64,000 nt of DNA from an uncultured Eubacteriales bacterium. Lineage in GTDB: Bacteria; Bacillota; Clostridia; Christensenellales; CAG-138. A model generated the notes under the pieces. That model was not told where the DNA came from, did no database searches, and worked only from the letters and a program-made list of their open reading frames with translations. Of the stretch, positions 37,301 to 43,031 are shown piece after piece (position 1 is the first letter of the stretch; every line of letters starts with the position of its first letter). The stretch is from the NCBI GenBank assembly GCA_902765005.1, contig CACWYB010000002.1:74553-138552 (forward strand), in the 5' to 3' direction. The position numbers and the translations under genes are program-made.

Positions 37301-40300
37301 TCTGTGGATTCGCTGAATATCAGCAACTTCTGGCTGGATCAACACGCTGTCCATCCCGTGATCGATGTGACCATTGACGGTCAGGTGGATTTTCTTTCCT
37401 TAGAAGGAGTAAACAAGGGAACGGCCGTAAAAACCGGCGCAAACGGCAACGTGAGCAGCGGCAATTGGCATTTCTATCTCAACGGATTGGGCCACCTGTC
37501 TTCTCCTCGATGGTTCGATCATTCTATCGGCGCGAACACGCAGATCATGTCCAACGGCAGCTTGCTGCTCATGAGTGTGGACAGAAATGGTGAATATGGT
37601 TCGATTGCATCTCGCGTGGATGAGCTGACCCAGGCGGCTGGCATTGAGGAGGGAAACCAATTCGCTGCCATGGACATTCGGAACGGGGATGTATATCTGG
37701 ATGAGACGGAGCAAGCGCTCGTCAATGAACAAGTGCCGGGGGGAAGAACGGTTACCGAATTCGATGTTCAGGTCACTGCGTATACCGTAGATGACGATGG
37801 AAACCTGACGAGCCAATCCAATGTCTCCAGCTTGACCAATGGCGAAGCCAGCTTTGCTCTGCAGCTGCCGAATGACGATCCGGAGGCAGAGTACAGGATT
37901 GTGCGGATTCACGATGGGGAGGCCCGGGAGGCCCAGATCATGGAAGATGCCGTGATCGAAAACGGCCTTGCCCAGGTGAGCAGCGACCTGTTCTCCAAGT
38001 TCGTGGTGGTGCAAGTGGGCGGGCACGCCTATGTGGCAGAAGTCAACGGCGTGAAATACGAATCCTTTGCCGAGGCGGCGGCCGCAGCGAATAACGGTGA
38101 ACACGTGATCACGCTGCTGGCGGACGTGGAGGAGCTGTACAAGCTGAGCATGGATAACCATACGGTGAAGATCCAGACAAATGGTCATTGGCTGCGGATT
38201 GAAACACCGAAGTGGGGGCGCTTAGATTCGTCTGAAAATGATGGCGTTACCTCCTATCAGCTTATCTACGGGGTTGCCGATCCCACCGAGGACTGGGCCG
38301 GGAGAATCTTTAAGCTTGCGCACTATAATGAAGGATGGTTCATTCAATCGAATGAGAATGAATACTTCCTTGTTACCGCCGAGCAGATGGAAACCATCAT
38401 CAACAGCGGGGTTCGCACGGGAGAGGTGGATGTGTTCGCGGCGCCCGAGGAGAACGATCCTATGTGGGAAATGTTTGGCAGGCATATGGGAACAGGACCC
38501 GATGACCCCAGCATGGTCGACGGCATTGATTTCTATTGTGCGGGAGATGTGACCCTTACCATTCCAGAGGGGGCCTATTACTTTGGCGGATTCACAATCG
38601 AAAACCCGGAAGCAAATATAACCATAAACAGGCACGATACGGGAGTAGCCAACATCTGGGTATACGCAGGCACCCTTACGTATACCGGCAGTGTGGAAGA
38701 CCTGAGACTGTTTGGAAGAGCGTATGATGATCACAGCAAAGATGTGGTCGTTACGGTGAATGGGCACATTCGTACGCTGAACTTTATGGGAGAGAATGCT
38801 CCGGCTAACGATGCGAATCAGGCTCCGTTTAAGGGCAACCTGTATGTGAACGGAACGATTGAGAATGGCTATGAAAAGGGCCAGCAAACCGTTGATTTGA
38901 CCGAGTATAAGATTGGCGTGGTTACCATCGCCATGGCCGTCAAGCAAGTGGAGAATCATACAACAGAAGGGAAAGAACACATTATTGAAAACGGCGTTCT
39001 GAAGGATGAGTATTGCTCAAAGATAATTGAGAATGTAACGAAAGACGACCTTCAGTATTATTTCAATGGGTATGCAGGGAGCAGTATATACCCGAATACC
39101 GATAGAGGAAACTGGACCGTGATTGTCCAGCATGTGGAGACACAGGCTATGTCAGATTCCATCCCGTTAGGGGAGGATTTCTCTGCGGTCGATGTGCAGC
39201 TTACGCCGAAGGAGTATATCTACAATGTGTCCCTGTATGGGAGCAGAGAAGGTGATAGCAGCCTGAATGCCCCCATTACACTTCCGGGAGATTTTAAGGA
39301 CGTTCAGATTCATGATGTGGATTTGATCGTTCCGGAAGGCACCAACTATGATTGGCTGGTGACGCATTCTGACTTTGTAACCGCCGATAGTGGGCTGCCG
39401 TATTCTACCGTGACCGTTTATGGAACGGTGCAAGATCTGAATATTGACGGGCCGTCAGATCATATCACCATTGAGACCAGCGGCAATGGGAAGATACTGA
39501 AAGGCACCTGGACCACCTATAACCTGGGCAATTACTATAACCGTAAGACGCGGTTCTTCACACCGGGTGCGGGCATATTGTTCACAAACGGTTTGTTGCA
39601 AGTATTGAGCTATGATAGCCCCGACATGTCCGATCTGGGCGCCATTATGCCCAGCAGCGCCACGCTGACGGCAGCCACAGAGAATGTGGCCCAGAATCAG
39701 GCGACCTATATGGATATCACCTCGAGCAGCGTAGAGGAGCTGTCCAGCCAGGAAATGACCGCTTTGGAAGGGCTGGGCATCGACCAGAATCAGTTGGCAG
39801 CCGGGTTCCAGGTGGAGGTGGCGAAGCTGACCTTTGAGGATGATGGAACCATCACCGGCGAGGAGATAACTGAGCTGACCAGCGAGGTGCCCATCACTCT
39901 GGAGCTGCCGGACGACGAGAACGAATACCAGATCATCCGCCTCCATGAAGGGGAAAGCGGCATGAGCGCGGATGCTCTCGGCGAGCCGACGACAGGGTCC
40001 GTGGTCACAGTGAGTAGCGACCTGTTCTCCAAGTTCGTGGTGGTCAACACGAAAGCCCCCAGCAGGGAGTACACGATCCGGTTTGTGGATGAAGACGGCA
40101 CGGAGCTGCAGAGCAGCAAAGTGGCTCAGGGTGAGCTGCCTGTGTACACGGGTGAAACACCGACTAAGGCGATGGATGAACAGTTCATCTATACCTTTGC
40201 CGGATGGACGCCGGAGATCGTGGCTGCCACAGAGGATGCAACGTATACGGCAACCTATAGCAGTGCACGGATAACTTGCACGGTGACATTCAATTCAAAT

Positions 40301-41353
40301 GGAGGAACGTCAGTTGAAGCTATAACACTGACAAAAGGGACTGCCGCAGCAGAACCTGCAGAACCGACAAGAGAAGGATATTATTTCGTTGGATGGTATG
40401 TTGAAGGCGAAGAGTCATCCTTTGATTTTGACACGATCATTGTGGAGGATTTGACTTTGACAGCGAAATGGGCAAGGGTTGCCAAGTACTCCGCCACCTT
40501 GACATTGAAAGACAATATCAATATCAACTTCTATGTCAAAGATATTGAGGAAGAGGATAAACAGTGGTATACGGTCAAATGGACCTTTGATGGAAAGGAG
40601 CTTGAGAAAGAGCTAAAGGGTGTTGATCGAGAAGAGGATGGACGATATAAGATCGTTCTTGCAGGAACATACTCCTACCAGATGACCTTGCCAGTGCATA
40701 TCATGGTTTACTGCAATGATGTGCTTGTAAAAGAGGTCGAATCCTATTCAGTACAAACGTATTTCTTGAATATGCTGAATAAGAGCTCAACGGATGCAAA
40801 GACAAAAGCACTTTGCAGAGCGGGGTTGGACTATGGTGCCAATGCGCAATTGTTCTTTGACGGAAAGACCTATGGGGGAGGAATCCCATACGCTTGTGAT
40901 GCGGGGAACCTTGCAAATCGTTCCACAAATCCGAGCAATACCATCACTGCAACGAAGCCAAGCAATGCTGCAAGCAGAGAAGGAGATTTGAACGGGACTG
41001 GAATCAGCAAACTTACGGCTTCTCTGATTCTGGGAACGGAAACCACAATCAAACTTTATATAACGTATGAAGGTGACATTGGTGATCTGACCATCACTTG
41101 TGCCGGAAGGAGCATTACACAGCCGGTGAAAGAAGCAGATGGAAGATACTCCGTTTCAATCCCCGGGATCCGGTCCTTTGAGCTTTGTAAGGATTATGTC
41201 ATTTCCATTGTCAAAGGGACACAAACAATTAAAGTTACCTATTCTGCATATGCGTACGCAGCAAAGAATTGGGATAGTTCAGATAGCAAATTGAAGAACC
41301 TGTGCAGAGCGCTGGTTGCATATGGAGATGTTGCAAAGGAAATATGGGGCTAA
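28400..41353 (+). CDS. Giant (4317 aa) secreted mosaic surface protein: acidic Glu/Pro/Thr/Ala repeats, BspA-type LRRs, Cys-rich motifs, internalin-type LRRs, Flg_new repeats and three large unknown modules
   Basis: Single uninterrupted ORF. Signal peptide [25 protein letters not shown]. See the domain sub-features. No LPXTG, SLH, choline-binding or C-terminal TM anchor is visible. Confidence 0.9.
   Translation: [4317 protein letters not shown]
29375..29776 (+). repeat. Tandem duplication of a 201-bp (67-aa) acidic coding unit
   Basis: gagcctgcggaggaaac(a/g)cccgc(c/a)gaagaccctgc... recurs at 29375 and 29576 with near identity ([12 protein letters not shown](V/A)EPEAT(Q/P)[24 protein letters not shown]...). 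Confidence 0.75.
30550..31880 (+). other. BspA-type leucine-rich repeat block (low-GC segment)
   Basis: About 15 repeats of the pattern IP.SVTSIG..AF..C..L.S. (e.g. [38 protein letters not shown]). A second short block lies at ~32740-33060. Confidence 0.75.
33611..33812 (+). other. Flg_new / Listeria-Bacteroides repeat
   Basis: [46 protein letters not shown]...DAVLHTNW. Confidence 0.65.
33975..34240 (+). other. Internalin-type 22-residue LRR block
   Basis: [79 protein letters not shown]. Confidence 0.75.
34540..40050 (+). repeat. Three divergent ~570-650-aa intragenic modules of unknown fold
   Basis: Shared landmarks in the same order. First, PYLGD(V/L)(F/Y)V(S/T)G(T/R)IANGE, with [15 protein letters not shown] in copy 3. 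Then (F/I)(T/A)L(E/Q)LP(D/N)D...(Y)..(F/I)R(L/I)H(E/D)... Each module ends in SSDLFSKFV(M/V)V, at nt ~36277, 37981 and 40015. Confidence 0.7.
40066..40472 (+). other. Two Flg_new / Listeria-Bacteroides repeats
   Basis: [50 protein letters not shown] and [45 protein letters not shown]...LTLTAKW. Confidence 0.75.
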
Positions 41354-41389
41354 TGAAAAGGTTTATTATATGAGAAAGGAGGAGAAAAA

Positions 41390-41488
41390 ATGAAAGAGTA
41401 TGAAGCGTTGGAGCTTGAAGTGATCAGATTTGATACTGAAGATGTGATCACCGCAAGTCAGGGCGAGACCCCGGAAGACGAACTGTAA
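41390..41488 (+). CDS. Unannotated 32-aa acidic peptide (candidate RiPP precursor): MKEYEALELEVIRFDTEDVITASQGETPEDEL
   Basis: Not in the ORF track because it is below the size cutoff. ATG at 41390 is preceded by agaaaGGAGGagaaaaa (GGAGG 7 nt upstream); TAA at 41486. Followed by a perfect hairpin and then by PqqD/kinase/peptidase/ABC genes. Confidence 0.55.
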   Translation: MKEYEALELEVIRFDTEDVITASQGETPEDEL

Positions 41489-41495
41489 TGGTTGA

Positions 41496-41526
41496 GTATG
41501 AGACGGGTCTTTGACCCGTCTCATAC
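41496..41526 (+). terminator. Perfect 14-bp stem-loop right after the peptide ORF (partial terminator / transcript-stabilising hairpin)
   Basis: gtatgagacgggtc-ttt-gacccgtctcatac. The downstream U-tract is weak (gtattg), so read-through into the operon is expected. Confidence 0.5.
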
Positions 41527-41580
41527 GTATTGAGAACTGAACAGCAGCGTTTCTGTTCTGAGGAAATTTGACGGAAAAGA

Positions 41581-42321
41581 ATGGAACATAACGGTATATA
41601 TCGTTTTGCAAATATATCGGTGCAGGTAGTCTCCTTGTTCCCTTACGCCCAGAAGATGTGTGAGGCCTATCGGTGCCAGGGAGCTCCTGAGCTGACGATT
41701 GCCACCACGCAAAAGGACATTGACTTTGAGCGGCGGAGGGCAAAGGAGGTCGCCAGGAAGGAAGGGCGGCCGGAGCCGGACCATGCCGATGGGTATTTGG
41801 AGACCCTGGCGGTCTATCGGAAGATCGCGGAGAAGATGCCTTTTTACGACAGGATGCTGATGCATGGCTCCTGCGTGGCGGTGGATGGGGCAGCGTATCT
41901 GTTCATCGCCAGGAGCGGCACGGGCAAGAGCACCCACACCCGGCTGTGGCGCAAGCTGCTGGGGGACAGGGCGGTGATGGTCAATGACGATAAGCCCCTG
42001 GTCCAGGTGGCGGAGGGAAAGGCCATCATCTATGGCACGCCCTGGGACGGAAAGCATCGGCTGAGCAGCAACGTGGCTGTGCCGCTGCAAGCCGCCTGCA
42101 TCCTGGAGCGGGCAGAGGAAAACAGCATTCGCCCGCTGATCCGGGAGGAAGCGCTGCCCATGCTGCTGCAGCAAAGCTATCGACCCTTCGACCCGGAGGC
42201 TCTCGCGAAGACGGTGGCGCTGGTGGACCGGTTGGCCGGGGCGGTGAGGCTCTATCGGCTGGGCTGCAATATGAATATAGGGGCGGCTGAGCTGTCGTAT
42301 ACCACAATGAAGGAAGGATAG
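41581..42321 (+). CDS. HPr-kinase/phosphorylase C-terminal-domain-like protein (RiPP-associated kinase type)
   Basis: 246 aa. MLMHGSCVAVDGAAYLFIARSGTGKSTHTRLW...VMVNDD mirrors the HprK core (HG..V...G.G.L..G.SG.GKS......L......L..DD). Confidence 0.75.
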   Translation: MEHNGIYRFANISVQVVSLFPYAQKMCEAYRCQGAPELTIATTQKDIDFERRRAKEVARKEGRPEPDHADGYLETLAVYRKIAEKMPFYDRMLMHGSCVAVDGAAYLFIARSGTGKSTHTRLWRKLLGDRAVMVNDDKPLVQVAEGKAIIYGTPWDGKHRLSSNVAVPLQAACILERAEENSIRPLIREEALPMLLQQSYRPFDPEALAKTVALVDRLAGAVRLYRLGCNMNIGAAELSYTTMKEG

Positions 42322-42325
42322 AACC

Positions 42326-42586
42326 ATGAAACTGAAGAAAGAGTTTATCACCCATATCACCGGGGAGGAGGCGCTGCTGGTGCCCACCGGCGCGGCGAGC
42401 TTTTCCGGCCTGGTGAAGGGAAACAAGACCCTGGGCGCCATCCTGGAGCTGCTGAAAACGGAAACAACGGAGCAGCAGATCGTGTCCGCCATGTGTGCTC
42501 GGTTCAACGGAGCTGAGGAGACGATTGCCAAGGATGTGAAACGGGCGCTTGCGGAGCTGCGCAAAATCGGGGCGCTGGATGAGTAA
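42326..42586 (+). CDS. PqqD-family protein (RiPP recognition element, lasso B1-like)
   Basis: 86 aa. ...EEALLVPTGAASFSGLVKGNKTLGAILELLKTETTEQQIVSAMCARFNGAEETIAKDVKRALAELRKIGALDE fits the PqqD winged-helix pattern. Confidence 0.8.
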   Translation: MKLKKEFITHITGEEALLVPTGAASFSGLVKGNKTLGAILELLKTETTEQQIVSAMCARFNGAEETIAKDVKRALAELRKIGALDE

Positions 42587-43031
42587 GGGTCTCTCTTACG
42601 AAGAATATCTGGAACAAAACGAAACGCTCACCTACACGAATGTGGGTGTGAGCATGCTGCCGCTGCTTCGGCAGGGGAAGGATTTGTTCACCGTTCGAAG
42701 AAAGGGCGAGGAACGGTGCCGGGCGGGAGATGTGGTCCTGTATCGGCGGCCGCCGGATCAGTATGTGCTGCATCGGGTCATCGAGGTGAAGCCGGATGGA
42801 TATGTGATCCTGGGAGACAACTGCGTAGCCAGGGAATACGGCATTCGGGACGCCGATATCCTGGGGGTCATGACGGGCTTTGTGCGGGACGGCAAAGCGC
42901 ACAGCGTATGCGAAGCTGGTTACAGACTATATACTTTTTTATGGCTTCACACCATTGGACCGCGGGTGTTTGCAAAACGAGCAAGGTTGAAATTGGCCAG
43001 GCTATGGCATCGGATCAGACATGAAGGATAG
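42579..43031 (+). CDS. S24/S26-family peptidase, ER/SipW-type (Ser-His) signal-peptidase-like
   Basis: I take the start as the ATG at 42579 (8-nt overlap with the PqqD gene). Ser box GVSMLPLL, GDVVLYRR, a His box YVLHRVIEV where bacterial SPase I has K-R, and ILGDNC. Confidence 0.7.
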   Translation: MSKGLSYEEYLEQNETLTYTNVGVSMLPLLRQGKDLFTVRRKGEERCRAGDVVLYRRPPDQYVLHRVIEVKPDGYVILGDNCVAREYGIRDADILGVMTGFVRDGKAHSVCEAGYRLYTFLWLHTIGPRVFAKRARLKLARLWHRIRHEG

